From NCBI RefSeq assembly GCF_009914755.1, contig NC_060928.1: a DNA stretch of 64,000 nt. The stretch is one strand, 5' to 3'. How positions within the stretch are numbered: the stretch's first letter is position 1; each line of letters begins with the position of its first letter. This DNA comes from the human T2T-CHM13v2.0 reference genome, Homo sapiens. A program made the translations under genes and the position numbers. The notes beneath the pieces were generated by a model. It had not been told where the DNA came from. It searched no databases and was given only the letters and a program-made list of their open reading frames with translations. Shown in pieces: positions 17,526 to 31,570 of this stretch.

Positions 17526-18007
17526 GCACAAAACATGGAGAGAAGGCAGGCAGGGGGCTGCTGTTTATTCAGCCAGAAGAAGGTGGCTCTGGCTTCCTCC
17601 CAGCGAACATTCCATCCCAGCTGTCAGGCGGTTCTTTCTCATTTCCATTCTCCTAGGAAACAGCACATTCTGATGGACTCTGCCCTCAAAGCTTCTTTGG
17701 CTGAACCCTCGTGCTACCTGTCAGGAAGGCAGAGGCCCGTTCTTAGAAGTCTGACTCTGGCAAGTAGTGTGGAACTGGTGGTTGAGGAGCAGCGTCCTCT
17801 TGTCATGTTGTTGCTGCTGATGTGGATCAAGCTGACTTTCGTGTCCTGGAGTGTTGTTTTTGCTGTATTTCTTGGCAGCCCCTATGGAGAGACTGGGGGC
17901 TGGAATGGGGACTTAGAGAGGATTAGATAGTGAGCCCCCGTCCTTTAGAAAATATCTGTCATTGTAGGGGCTTGAGGGGAAAACAATAAAAGTCCTTGGA
18001 TGCCTAA

Positions 18008-18210
18008 TGCTTAGGTTGAATTGTGTCTTCCAAAATAAGACGTGTAGAAGCCCAAACTCTGATTACTTTGGAAATGATCTTACTTGGAGATACAGGATAA
18101 TCAAATTAAAATGAAGTTGTTAGGGTGGGCCCAATACAATCCAAGTGGTGTCCTTGTGAAGAGGTGAAATTTGGACACAAAGACACAAGTAAGAAAGGAT
18201 ATGGTAAGAG
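18008..18210 (+). mobile_element. MLT1A/B-type LTR, 5' half
   Basis: ggttgaattgtgtc...tagggtgggccc...gtgtccttgtgaagaggtgaaatttggacac. Confidence 0.75.
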
Positions 18211-20189
18211 TTCCTTGGCGGTTCCATTCTCTCAGAGCAGCATCGCTCTCTTTCTGTGTTTGAAGCAAGTTATTCTGGTTGGAACAGAACATGCAGCCTT
18301 TTAGGGCCATCAGTGTCCTGAGCACCCAGCTGTGGATAAAACCCACTTATTTTGCACTCCCTTTGTATCCGGCGGAACCTCCTGAGTCCACAGAAGGCCG
18401 TCCCACAAGAAGGCGTTCCTAGGCATGAAAATGGAGGAATGGTGGATGGGTGCACTGAGCGTATAACCTCTGCTCCTGTACATGCTCCGTGGTAATTGCT
18501 TCCAGAGCAAAATCTCAAAGACAAAAGAGCAATAGCAGATCATTAAAACAAGCACCGGGCCCTCCTGAGTGCAGAATGCTGTATGCACAGGTTGCAGGTC
18601 CCTGAAGCTGGCTCTATTAGTAGAAGACGAGGAGACACTTAATGGTTTTAATATGGGGAGTGATGTGACCAGGTTTTCAGTTTGCAGTGATCACGCTAGG
18701 TGCAGACTGAAGGATGGTTTGGCAGGGGAAGAAATTGGTCGCCAGGAAAAGATGTTACTCCACAAGAAAGAGGAGGGCTGCAAATGCCCATACTATTGGC
18801 TATGTTTGCATATATGTATACAGTTACTTTTAACCACTATACATTGATGTACATATGAACACAAAAATATGCCTACAGATGCTTTACAAACCTTCCATCT
18901 CCTTGATCCTGTGGAAAATGCCAGTGAATTCTCACTTGTAGGAAACAAAGCTTATCAGACTCAATATAATTGTGCTGCAGCAGAATCCTCTACCGTTCAT
19001 TTAAGTGGTATAAGATATTTATAAATTCCATTTAAAATGTAATTATTTTTAAGCACACTTTCCAAACAAAATCGAAAAGTCATTGCATGTCATATTTAAT
19101 AAGTTTCAACACAGTTTCTTAACCCTTCTCTCCAGAGTATAATTATGCCATCAATCTTCCTGGAGAATCAAAGGAGCTTAGCAGAACACACCTTTCATGC
19201 ATTAACCAGAATTATGTTTGCTTAGGATTTGCATTTGAAAGTGATTTGCATTGGCATTTTATTTCTTCCAGAAAATAACAAATGTTTCTGATCTTTCTGA
19301 GGTATCATGGTCTTAAACTGTGGCTATAAATCTTTCAGAACTTATATTTTACCAATTCCTTTAATTTCTGTGATATGATGGGTAGGGAGAGAAACAAAAC
19401 TATAATTTAGAAACATTTTTCTTTCTTAGCCAGAAAACAAAACACAAGATCAGGCCATGGCATGCAGGTTGCCAATTTGATTTGTTTCTTGTCTTACACC
19501 CCCTGGTGACCCTTGTGTGAGATGCCCCAACTCCTCATCTTTCTGGATGCATTTATCTGTTTGTAATTAATGGGAATACGGTGTTAGATTCTGATATAAA
19601 TTTATGGCTGAAACCTATAGGGCAGAGGTTTTCAAATAGGGTGTTAGTTTGGGATGAGTTTAAAGTAATAGTTATTTAAAATACCACTAGTATATTCTAC
19701 ACTGACAACTCTGTCTTTGTTGTTGTTGTTTGTTTGCAGGCTCAACTTGTACCCTGCAGACTCAAAATTTTAATTGGCAACCCCACATTTACATTGTTAC
19801 ATGGGAATCTAGTAGAAACCTCCAATTGCACTCCTGCTTCTCTTCCTATCCCTAAATGTACCCCTCCTCAGTCTTTCCTACTTCAGCAAGTAGAGATTAC
19901 ATTCCTTCAATTGCTCAGGTTCACACTTTAGAGTCATGCTTGACTTTTCTCTTCTTTGCACATTGCAGAAACCCCCTTACCTGTGCTCTTGTCATTCATG
20001 TCCCTTCACTCTCATCTTTCAACCTCATCATTTCAACACCAAGACACTGAGAAATCTAGAACAGGAATCCAAACAGACTCACTGCTGTCATTTGTCTCAG
20101 GCTTCCAGTCCCAATTCTGTTTATTTGCAATCATTTGGAGTTTATTCAGACTTATAACTCAGCATTTGATCTACCTTGGTAAACATGCC

Positions 20190-21688
20190 ATCTACACTTG
20201 AAAGGAATATATATCCTTCTGTTACTGGTGTACTGTTTCATAAATCTCACTTAGGGTAAGTCTCCCATATCCTTATGGAGTTTTGTTGCTTTTTAAAAAG
20301 ATAATTACTGAGAAAAAAGTGTTAACATCTTTATGTATGATTGTGAATTTTCTATTATATTTAATTTTGTCAGTGATTATGTATTTTCAAATTATGTTAA
20401 TAATTATATGCACATTTAGGATTACTTTGCATTCTTGATGAATTGACCCTTTATCATTATAAAGTATTCTCTTTATCTCTGAAAATACTACTTGTTTTGA
20501 ATTCGACATGGCTGCTGTTAACATGATCACAGCAGCTTTTTAATTTATTTGTATCTTTGAATACAAGCATCACTTTAAATAGCATATAGTTGGGTCTGCC
20601 TTTTGTATTTTGCCTGGAAACCTCTGCCTTTTAATTAGAGTATTTGGTATATTTATATTTAATATGATTATTGATGTGGTCAGATTTAATTCTACCACCT
20701 TGCTCTCTGTTTTCTATTTGTTTTCTGTGTTCTTTGCTCTATTTTTTCCTTTTTGTATTTTTTGTTAATCTAATGATTTTTAAAAATTCTATCACAACTA
20801 TTGGCTTTTAAACTGAAGGTGCTATAGGGATTTACAATATACATCTTTAATTTATCACAGCCTTACTTGCATTATTATGCTACTACAAATGAAAGTTTAA
20901 AAACTTATAATAGTATAATTCCATTTTCCCATTTGTTTTCTTATTTTGTAATATATCTTTATTTCTACATGTAATATAACACTCATGGTATGTGTTATTA
21001 TTTTTTCTTTAAGTACCAGGTTTTTCTTTAAGAAAAGAAAAATGTTTTGTATTTACCCATGTATATAACGTTTCCAGTGCTCTTAATTACTTCCTATGGA
21101 TTCAAAGTTTTATCATATATCATTTGTCTTCAGCCTGAATAATTTCTGTTGTGCTTTCAGATAGTACAGGCCTGCTAGGAACAAATATTTTCAGCCTTTA
21201 TTTAATTAAACATCTTTATTTCACTGTCATTTTTGAAGAATATTTTCACCAGACATAGAATTCTCAGTTGACTTTTTTATTTATTTATTTATTTTAGCAA
21301 TATCATTCCATTATCTCCTTGACTTTGTTTTTTTCTGAAAAGTCAGCCATTATTCAAACAGTTGTTCTTCTGTAGGTAGTGTGTTTTTTTATTCCTGAAT
21401 TTTTCTTTATCTTTTATCAGTTTCCCTATGATATATCAAGATGTGGTTTTCTTTCCTTTTATTCTTCTTAGGGTTTGCAGAGCCTTTTGGATTGTGGATT
21501 GATATTTTAAATCAAATTGGAAGACTTTCAGCCAATATTTTTTCTATTTTCTACCACATTCTCTCTCTCCTCCCACACATCCCTCCCCCTTTTATTTGTC
21601 TCTCTCCTCCTTTTAGAACTTCAGTAACATGTATTTCAGACCACTTGATAGCATTCCACAGACTACCGGAGATTCTGTTCATTTGTAA

Positions 21689-21739
<51 letters not shown>

Positions 21740-22550
21740 CGTGAAATGTATTTCCTTATTTGGCTTCAGTTTGGATACAGTTTTTATTCATCTATCAAGT
21801 TCACAGATCCCTTCTGTATTGTCCACCCTTCTCTTTCTAGTCCATGAATTTTAAAATTTGAGATATTATATTTTCTAGTTCTAGGACTTTCATTTTTTTC
21901 CCCAAATTTTCTATATTTCTGCTGAAATTCCTCATGCCTTTGTCCACTGTATTTATTTTTTTCCTACAAATTCTTTAAAAATTCTGCTAATTTCAACATC
22001 TTAGTCATGTTGGGTCTCTTTCTATGGATGTTGTTTTCTTTACCATGGAACACATTCTTCTGTTTCTTTACATATCTAGTATTTTTCTTTATATGCTAGA
22101 TATTGTAGATGGTATATTATAGAAGCTAGCATGTGTAAAGCACTAAACAAATGTCTGGCACAATAAATATTAGCTAGCATTATCATTTCAGAATGTTTTA
22201 ATGAATATTACGCTATTTTATTCAATGAACTTTTTATTTCAGATATTGTATCTCTCAGTTATGTGATTTCTACTTGGTTATCTTCCTCTGAGGAGTGTTG
22301 AGTTTTATTCCACTAGGAAAATCAATATCTGGAAGTTCATTTTGATCTTCAGATATGTGGTTTCAGACTTTGTTAGAATGGATCTCTTTTGGTTTTGCTT
22401 TTCATTCTAGAGTGTATCCTTCACTTCTGGGACTTGGTACTTACTCTTACTACACTTAATTTGAACTTCAAACTCTATGTCTCCAACACTGGGCAGCTAC
22501 TGAAATCTCTACTAAGCTCTTTCAATTTTTCACCCATTGTTACACTGGGC
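20190..22550 (-). mobile_element. Old L1M fragments (ORF2 start, inter-ORF, ORF1)
   Basis: gatgaattgaccctttatcattata; agcatatagttgggtc; ttttgaagaatattttcac. Confidence 0.75.
21690..21743. repeat. (TA)n(TG)n(CG)n compound microsatellite
   Basis: Read directly from the sequence. Confidence 0.95.
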
Positions 22551-23421
22551 TCCTTGGAGTTTCACCCCATTCATGCCCATTTCAAGAGACCACCAGGGAT
22601 TTCAGGGGAGCTTGTATGCACATTTTGGGGCACTGAAATTAATTTTTGTGTATTGTTATTTCTTTAGTATAAATTCTCAACAATGTGATTATTGGAATAA
22701 AGGGTGTAAATGTATTTATAATTTATAACTCATAAGACCTTGGCATTCCATTTTTCTTAAGTTTTGTTGCCACTAGTACAGCACAAATGTGATCATTCTG
22801 CCATAACTTCTCTTCAAAAACATTTCAACATTGTTGAATTTGTTTTCTTAATTTGGTGGATTTGAAATGAAACCCGAAGGTTTTATTAATGTCCATGACA
22901 TTGATTCCTTGACAATGTCACTTTTATTCACTTTTTTATATGTCTTCTGTGAAAATCGCCTTAAAAATGTTTCTCAATCTTTTTGCTGTGTTTTTGATTT
23001 TTTAAAAATATATCTAAATAGGTTCATAATTCATTTCAGCCATTAACCCTTGTGTCCTCCTTGTGCCCAATTTTATTTTCTCCTCCTTTTAATATTAGTT
23101 TATCTTTGGATAAATTGAATCTTAACCAAATTCAATTTTGGTGCAGCATTTTGATTCTTTTATTAAAATACATGCTTATTATAAAAAAATTGAAAAATTT
23201 AGGAAACCTGAAAATATTGTCAATAATGGTCATTTTGATAGATTTCTTATTGTTCTCTTTTCAAGAACAGGTTTTTTTTCTTTATTCTGCAAATTCACTT
23301 TTTATTCTAATTTCCACTTAACAATGTCATATAAATATTCTCCTGTTCTTTCAATAAATATGTATTACTTTGTCTCTACCTTGCACAGTGCAGGGGTCCA
23401 TGTAATTACATGTTTGCCTGA

Positions 23422-23801
23422 TTGTTTCAGTCAGTTTTTGCTGCATAACATACCAGCCCAAAATTCAGTAGCATATAGCAATAAGCATTTATTTCTTGCT
23501 CATGCATCTATGGGACTGCAGCCCTGGCTGGAGATGCTGAATTAACATGGACTAAGTCCTTCTCATGGCAATGGCAGAAGTGCTAAGAGGATAAGCCCAG
23601 CTGTACGGGACATTTCACGTTTCTGCTTGTATCATGTCTATTACCATTTCATTGGCTGAATAAAGTCACATGACCAAGAGAACCCAAAGTCAAAAGTTGG
23701 GGAAGCATACTGTGCTGACGAAGAGTCGATGGCATCCATGTGAATGTAGAGTACGACTAAGGAGGAGTGAAGAATTGGAACAAATAATCCAATCTACCAT
23801 A
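23422..23801 (-). mobile_element. MLT1H-like LTR
   Basis: ttgctgcataacat...cattggctgaataaagtcacatgacc...ggagtgaagaattgg...aatctacca. Confidence 0.75.
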
Positions 23802-25369
23802 ATAATAAATTAGTATTATATTTTAACAATTGCATATTATCCTAAGGAGGTACTGTAATTTTCTTCACTTGTCCCCTATTTTGGGGGCATTTAGCTTATT
23901 CCTAGTTCCTCTTTCTCATAAACGATGCAAAATTGACCATGTTTGCTTATAAATTTTTTACCTTGCATTCATGATAATTTCCTTACAGTTGTCAATTCCC
24001 CAGAGTGGAATTACTAGACAAAAGCATAGGGGCATTTTTAATGTCTTCTGAATCACAATTTGTTGCCCTTTATTGCTGATAAACATTTTTTCTACATTGT
24101 TTTTTCACCGACTAGTAAATACTGCATATTCACAAGGCTGATCTATACCAATATAATCTGCATTTCGCATCTTTTCTGCTAATGCTGTGGAAATTGTATG
24201 AAAAAGCTGTTGAATTTTAAGTTGATGAACTCTGTACATGGTAATTACAGGTTGAAAAATGGAAATGATGATAAACTTCGCATGTATAAATCTTTGCCAC
24301 AGTTACAGTGGCCACAATTTCGAGAGTAGATACTGATATCATAGGATCCTTGGACTTTTTTTTATAACTAAGTCTGGATCAAAAGAGAAATATTTATTCC
24401 ATCATTGTAAAATTTTACTAGGCAGTGAATTTTCTTCCTTTTGTATTGTTATGGAAAGTTTAGGTCACTGGGGGAAGAAGTTCAAGGAGGAGAGACAAAG
24501 GGAGGCTTCCTTGGTTCAGGCCTCATCATCTGCAGTGATAGGCTCTGGACAGACGATGCTTTTATGTGGAGGACTCCAGATTATCTGAGATACATCCCTG
24601 AACTGTAAGCTCCATGTGGGCAAGAACCTTTTCTGCCACATTTCTTTCTGTACATGCAGCAACTAGAAAACTGTGTGGCACTCCTTCCTTTTTATGTAAT
24701 ATTTGTCGAATGAATAAACGAGTCTGCTAGTGTACTGTACATTTAATATGGTCCCCCATGTCAGTTTACCAAAGAGAGATAAAGCGGAATATCAGCAGAA
24801 ATATTATCCCACTACCTTGTCTATCTCCTTGCTGCACGCAGGCATTTCCTTTTACAGTCCAACCCTCTTGGTGGTGCTTCCTTATCCCCCAGTCTCACCC
24901 TAGGCACTCAGATGTCACTGCCGTTGCCACAGTTTCCCCAACCAGCTGTGAGGGCAGACACCCACTGAACTCAAAACAGCTTTGGAATTCTCTTTAAGAC
25001 ACTTCCAGGCAGCTTCTCTGCAGCAATCAGAATGGGTGCTTGAGGTAGAGCCTCTCCCTGGCTGACCCCATTGCACAGCCTTCCTGTGGGTCCACCTCCC
25101 CAGCCCTTTTCCCAAGATCTCTTCTCTTCTCCCTTGCAGCCAAGGTTAGATGCTCAAAATACCTCTTACCTATTTCCTAGCCTAAGACACCTGGCAGCTT
25201 TATATAACAACTCCAGTACCGTGCAATCCATAGCAAAGAGGCTGCGGGGGAAGGCAGGAAATCAGGTTTCCCTTATAACATCAGGGAGTCTTAGAGCCCT
25301 GGAGAATCCCAAACATTTTAACAGTTTCAAGCCTATTTTAGGGCAGACTCTATGGCAGGAGCTTCATCC

Positions 25370-25830
25370 TGTAGGATGCTTTTGTCTTCAGGTAATAGAA
25401 AAGGCAACAAATAATAACTTAAACTGTGAGGATATTTCTTGTGTAATTAACAAGAAGTCCAGAAGGAAGTGGCCCAGGGTGCAATAATGTCATTGAAAAC
25501 CCTGGTTCTTTCTGTCCTGCTGCACTGTTGTCTGATTATGGGCTTTTTCACACATCTCTTCTCTCAACGTCTTAACATGGCTGCCACAGCTCCCACAAAT
25601 CCCCATACGATAGTGTCCAGAGCAGGAAGAGTGTAAAGGAGGAAAGGGGCCTTTTCTTCTCTTGCCTCTTTTATAAGGGGGCACAATACTTCCTGGAAGC
25701 TATGTGCAGACTTCCCCTTGTAGCTCATTGGTCAAAAGTAGGTCATGTGTCCACACCCTGGACCAATCACTGGCCAAAATGTGCTGGACTTCCATATATG
25801 TCCTAGATCAACAAGGATTCACTCTCTAGA
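25370..25830 (-). mobile_element. Old MLT1 (K/L-like) LTR
   Basis: atggctgccacagctcc; ctcattggtcaaaagtaggtcatgtgtccac; ccaatcactggcc. Confidence 0.65.
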
Positions 25831-27084
25831 ACTTTGTCAAAGAAAACCAGGAAGAAATTAGAATGGCTTTAGGGTAGAAAAGCTAGGGTCTGTTAGCCTG
25901 AAAAAACAAAAACAAACAAAGACTGAAACAAAACAAACTGACATGATATGAAAAGAGGAAGCTAAAAATTCAAGTAAAATGCAGGGCCACATTATTGTGA
26001 AGTTAATATGTGCAAGGTGGGTCTTTGCCACTAGCCAAATATTGATAAGTTCTGGGGGTCTAGAATGTTGGGGATTCAACTACGTCCGAACCTGTCTGAG
26101 CTCCAGATTCTGTCTGGCATCTCCTGGTGGCATTTGTTCACTCTGATTTAAGTATTACTTGGGATGCCTCCTTGTTGGATTCAGAGAGAATTTTGGGGAC
26201 TGATGGAGCACCCTCCATCTACCTGCTTCCCAAGTCAAGGTTGCCAGAGTTTCCCTGCCTGGCCTTGGCCTCCCCTTCTCTCCCCTGCCCACCTTTCCCA
26301 GAAGACCCCCTCCACCCTCTATTACTCTTCTCCCAGAAGATCAAACTCTGCCTTTGAGAAGGGGGGGCCAGCACAGGGAAGTGGAGTTATAGTGGAATTG
26401 GTGCTAGCACCGGTTTTAGTGTATTTCAGTTTCTGTCACAACAACCCATGAAATTAGAATAACTATCTCTGTTAAAAGTAAAATTGTTTTTTTATATAAA
26501 ATGAAAGTAAAAATGTTGAAAACGCTGCAGTTAGAAGAAAAAAGCGTTCTCATCACCCAGAGACAATTGTTATGCCTTAGCAATTCCTCTCCAAACTTTT
26601 TTTAGTAAGCTTTTTTTACATCCTAGTCATACTGCATTACATTTTGTATTGCCAGAATATGTTTTAAACTCTTAAAAATGTTTAATGGCTGCAGAATACT
26701 CCATCATTGGGCCATACAGTAATTTATTTAACTATATTCCTATTGTTGGATGTTTGGGCCCTTTCCAGTGTTTTATTTTTAGAAATAAGAATGTATAAAT
26801 TGTATACATAAAACTTTGCACTTTTTGCTGTTTTCTTAGAATAAATTTATTGAAGGAAAATATACAAGGTGAAATTTATAAACATTTTTCTATCAATCTT
26901 GACTTTATTCCCAAATTATTATTCATAAAATTTATGCCAGTGCTTGGCTCACTGCATCCTAGCCAGGAAAGAGACATATTTTAAAGTTTTGCTCATTAAG
27001 AAGGCAAAATTTCAATCTCATTGGTTTAAATGAGATTCTTGTTGCTTAGAGAGTTAGAAAATTTTCATACATGGTTATTACTAT

Positions 27085-28165
27085 GTGTCTAAAACTGAAA
27101 TCTTTATCTTCACCCTTAAACAGCTGCTGCCTGCAGTTAATGGAAACTCCATCTTTTGAGAGGCCTAGGTCAAAATTTTGGGGTCATCCTTGATGCTTTG
27201 ATTACTCTTCCACCCCTCATTTCTCACTCAGTCTACAATGAATCCCTCTGCATGACCCCTACTGTTCCCAGCTGGGCCAGGCCACTGTACTCTTTTGTCT
27301 GAGTCACTGCAGTAGTCTGGACTATTGCCATTTGCTACAACATGAATGAAACTGATGGACATTATGCTAAATGTAGTAAGCCAGACACAGAAAGACAAAT
27401 ACTCCATGATCTCACTTATATGTGATCTCTAAAAAAAGCCAAACTCACAAAAGCAGACAGTAGGATGGTAGTTAAGAGAGGTTGGGGGCTGGGGAATATA
27501 GGGGGCTGTTGGCTAAAGGGTACAGACTTTCCCATATAAGATCAAACCGTTCTGGAGACCTAATGGTACGGCATGGTGACTAGAGTTACTAGAGTTACTA
27601 ATAGTGTATTGTAGCCAGGTCTCAGCACAGAAGCCAGGGTCTTCTCATTACACCATAACTAAGATCATGTTACTCCAGTGCACAGAACCCTCTGTGGCTC
27701 CCTATTACTATCAGTGAAGAAGCCCAAGGATCAAATTCTCTAAGGCCCTTTATGATCAGGCCCCCTGCCACCTCTCAGACACCATCGTCTTCTGCTTTCC
27801 CCGTCACTCTCTTGTGTATACCAAGGCCATACCTCCCTCAGGACCTTTGATCTCATTGTCTGCTGCTGTCACATTTGCTTTCTTGCTATTCTTTGAACAC
27901 TCAGGCACTGCTTCAGGACATTTGCACTTGCTGCTCCTCCACCTGCCTGAAATGCTCTTTCCCAGATACTTGCATGACTACTTCTTCCTGGCTTTTTTTA
28001 GATCTTTTCTGAAACGTCAGTTTCTCAAGGAGTCCCTCTCTGGTCTTCATTTCTCAGCTTTTCGCTCTTACTGATATTTCACCTTGCACCTAGCTAATAT
28101 ATGCTTTTCTTATTTATCTTAATTGTCATTTACAACCCCACTAAAATTAAGCTATTATAAGGCAG
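27085..28165 (+). mobile_element. L2 fragment, interrupted at 27323-27614
   Basis: gtgtctaaaactgaa...ggggtcatccttga; ctcaggcactgcttcaggacatttgcacttgctg. Confidence 0.8.
27323..27614 (+). repeat. Inverted duplicate of L1 3'UTR segment 28370-28661
   Basis: 292 bp, ungapped, 12 mismatches against the reverse complement of 28370-28661 by manual alignment. Confidence 0.95.
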
Positions 28166-30100
28166 ATATTTTTTCCAACTTTATTGAGATAATTGACAAA
28201 TAAAAATTGTACATATTTAAGGTGTACAATGTGATATTTCAATATACATACACATTGTGAAATGATTATCATAATCATATTAATTAACATATATATCGCC
28301 TTACATAGTTACCTTTTTTGTGTATATGGTGGGAAAACTTGAGATCTACTCACTTAGCAAATTTCAAGCCTACAATACATTATTAGTAACTCTAGTAACT
28401 CTAGTCACCATGCTGTACCATTAGGTCTCCAGAACGATTTGATTTTATATGGGAAAGTCTGTACCTTTTAGCCAACAGCTCCCTATATTCCCCAGCCCCC
28501 AACCCGTCTTGACTACAATCCTACTGTCTGTTTTTGTGAGTTTGGCTTTTTTTAGAGATCACATATAAGTGAGATCATGGAGTATTTGTCTTTCTGTGTC
28601 TGGCTTACTGCATTTAGCATAATGTCCATCAGTTTCATTCATGTTGTAGCAAATGGCAATATTTCCTTCTTTTTGTTTTTTAAAGGCTGAATAGTATTTA
28701 GGGCTGACTAATACGTTTAATATATATATACATACCAAATTTACTTCATTCATTTTTCCATCAACAGACACATAAGTTGGAGTTCCCTATGTGTAGTGAG
28801 TATCTTTTCTCTTGATGCTTTCAAAATTATCTCTTTGTCTTTTATTTTTAATAGTTTGATTGCAATGTGTTTTTGTAAAATCTTGTCTGGGTTCAACCAC
28901 TTGAAACCTTTAAGCTTCATGTATCTGGATGTCCGTATATCTCCGCATATTTGGAGTGTTTTCAAGCCATTATTTCTTTAAATGAGATTTCTGGCCTTTT
29001 CTCTCTCCTTTTTCATCCTGGTATTCCCATATTCCCATAGTCCATCTATTATTTCTGTTGGTGCTTTCCAATACATTCTTTAGGCTTTCTTTATTCCTTT
29101 TCATTCTTTTTTTTCTTTTTTCTCCTCTGAATGGATAATTTCAAAAGACCTTTCATCTAGCTCAAAGATTCTTTATTCTTCTTGATCAAGTTAGCTGTTG
29201 CTGTTGTCTGTTGTGTTTTTCATTTCGTTCATCATATTCTTCAGTTTCAGAATTCTTCTTTTAAAATATTCTTTCCATCTCTTTGTTAAACTTCTAGTTT
29301 TTGTTCATGTATTGTTTTCCTGACGTCATTGAGTTTTCTGTGTTCTCCTATACCTCACTGAGCTTCCTTAAAAACTATTATTTTGAAATCTTTGTCAGAC
29401 AATGTATGTATCTTCATTTCTTTGGGGTTGGTTAATGGAAAATTATTGTGCTTCTTTGGAAGAATTGTGTTTTCTTAAATTTGTTTGTTTGTTTGTTTCT
29501 GGCACCCTTGCCTTTCTGTCTTTGCATTTGAAAAAGCAGTCCCCCCCAGTTTTTAATGTCTCATTTTAGCAGATAAACACCTGTACTAGTCAGCCCAGCT
29601 AGGATCTTTTAGGCTTTCTTAGACCTCTTATACAGGTCTGCCTGCTCTACATCTTTTTTTTTTCTCCCTTGGAGGGATTTCTTAAGATTGTGTTCTTAAT
29701 CCTGCAGATTCAGGCCAGGTACTGAGAGCCTCCCATTTGTTGTCCCGAAGGAGGTATCCTGAAATTCTCAAGTTTTTGTGACTTTTCCCAATCCTACAGA
29801 GTCAGGTCAGCTGTCTACATGTGCTCATGAGTCTTCTGCAGAGGTTCACACTTGCACAAGTCCATGGAGGTGCATCCAGGTGGCCAACTTCAGGGCAGGG
29901 AGAGAGGGATGAGGCAGATGGAGCATTGTAGGTACCCATGTGCTAATTGAGGAATCCATAGGTGAAGTATTCCAAACAGCCTGTGAGAAGACTTTTTGAT
30001 GAAGTCTGTGAAGCAGTTAGAAGGAATTGCAGTCCTTTGTTGAGGAGAGAGCCCTGTTGTCATGGGGATTTTTGTCTATCTGATTCACTCCTATATCCGT
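28165..30100 (-). mobile_element. L1MA/MB-type element: 3'UTR (28165-28780) joined directly to ORF1 and 5' sequence
   Basis: ctttattgagataattgacaaataaaaattgt 3' terminus; ttttctcttgatgctttcaaaatt is antisense ORF1 ILKASRE. Confidence 0.85.
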
Positions 30101-30944
30101 ATCTATTGCCTGCTGGAAATGTAATGACAACTCTAACTTTTTGACAATGAATGAATACATGTGCATTTCCTTTTCAGGGCATTGTCTGCCCAGGTTCTTT
30201 GTGGTTTTTTGTTTGGAATACTGATTAAATTTTTTTCTATCATGAAAGTAGTACATGTTCGTAGTAAAAAAAAAAAATTGGAAAATGTCCAGAAATCACA
30301 AAGTTAAAAAACTCCACTACTCTGGTCTTAACTTTGAGTGAGAACCAATGTTAAATTTTGCTTTATTTCCCAGGAAGATTTTTTTTCTCTCCTATGCATA
30401 GATATTTTGAAAATGTGTTCATTGTGCAATACAATTCACTTTCCACTTTCCAACTTTCCATTGATTGGTATTTTCCACAAACAATAGCAATTTTTACATA
30501 ATGTTTTGGTGATTTCAAAATATTACAATAAACGAACACTTTATTTTACCTAGTTTTTGTTGTTGGCTTTGTTATTTCCATTTTATTTGCCACTGTAAGT
30601 AGTGTGATGAACATTCTAGTGCATATCACTGTCTCTGTCTTTCAGATAATTTTCTTTAACTTGATTTTCTAAAGTAGAAAATGATTACGAGCAGTTTTAA
30701 GGCTCTAACTTTTTTTTCAACTTTAAGACTTTGTTTGGATAGACCTTGGGATGACTAAAATTTAGCTTTAGTTAATAGTTCCTTTTCAAAATAGATTTAG
30801 AAATCTATATCCTCTTTGGTTCATGTTGTTTGGGAGATATTTTCATTTTGGTTTATGGAGTGTGTTGAACAAAGTCCACTTGATTGTGGAAGGAAACAGG
30901 CTCTTGACTGAGTTGTATTTTCATCTTTGGCTCATTCACATGTT

Positions 30945-31120
30945 TCTGAAAGACCTTGGGCAAGTTACTCAACTTTTGAGCCTAATTTTCTGAATGTGTC
31001 ACTTGTTTATAATTACGTCTGCTTTGTTGTAAGGGTTAAATCAGATGGACTTCATATAGCCCCTTACACAGAGACTGGCAAATAGTACATGCTCAATAAA
31101 TGGACATGGACATTACTGCT
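30945..31120 (+). mobile_element. MIR
   Basis: gaccttgggcaagttactcaac...gctcaataaatg. Confidence 0.7.
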
Positions 31121-31274
31121 ATTTTAAACTATTAAAGGCTAGAATTATTCCCAGTATTCAGTATGTACATAAGTAATAATTGGGCCACTGTTTATTCATC
31201 TGTGTTTAAATGACAAAAGGAAGAGATAGTATCTATTTTGCTTCCTTAGATATAGACTGCTCTTCTGTTACCTA

Positions 31275-31570
31275 TTTTTTTTTTTTTTTGAGACAGAGTC
31301 TCACTCTCTTGCCCAGGCTGGAGTGCAGTGGCACAATCTCGGCTCACTGCAACCTCCAACTCCTGGGTTCAAGCAATTGTGCTGCGTTGGCCTCCCAAGT
31401 ACTGAGGTTAAAAGCACCCGCCACCACATCTGGCTAATTTTTGTATTTTTAGTAGAGATAGGGTTTTTACCTTGTTGGCCAGGCTAGTCTTGAACTCCTG
31501 ACCTCAGGTGATCCACTGGCCTCAGCCTTGCAATGTGCTGAGATTGCAGGCGTGAGCCACCATGCCCAGT
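31275..31570 (-). mobile_element. AluS
   Basis: Full dimer; TSD tctgttacct. Confidence 0.95.

Noticed and set aside
19712-19931. Good-looking acceptor tttgtttgcAG at 19739 with an open frame
   Set aside because: No convincing donor; runs into L2-like sequence; peptide not recognised
27323-27614. Six of 12 arm differences are G in the left copy versus A in the right, suggesting a retro-copied ADAR-edited RNA
   Set aside because: By my recall of L1 consensus, several of these G states are ancestral, so they are better read as C>T changes in the other arm; numbers are too small
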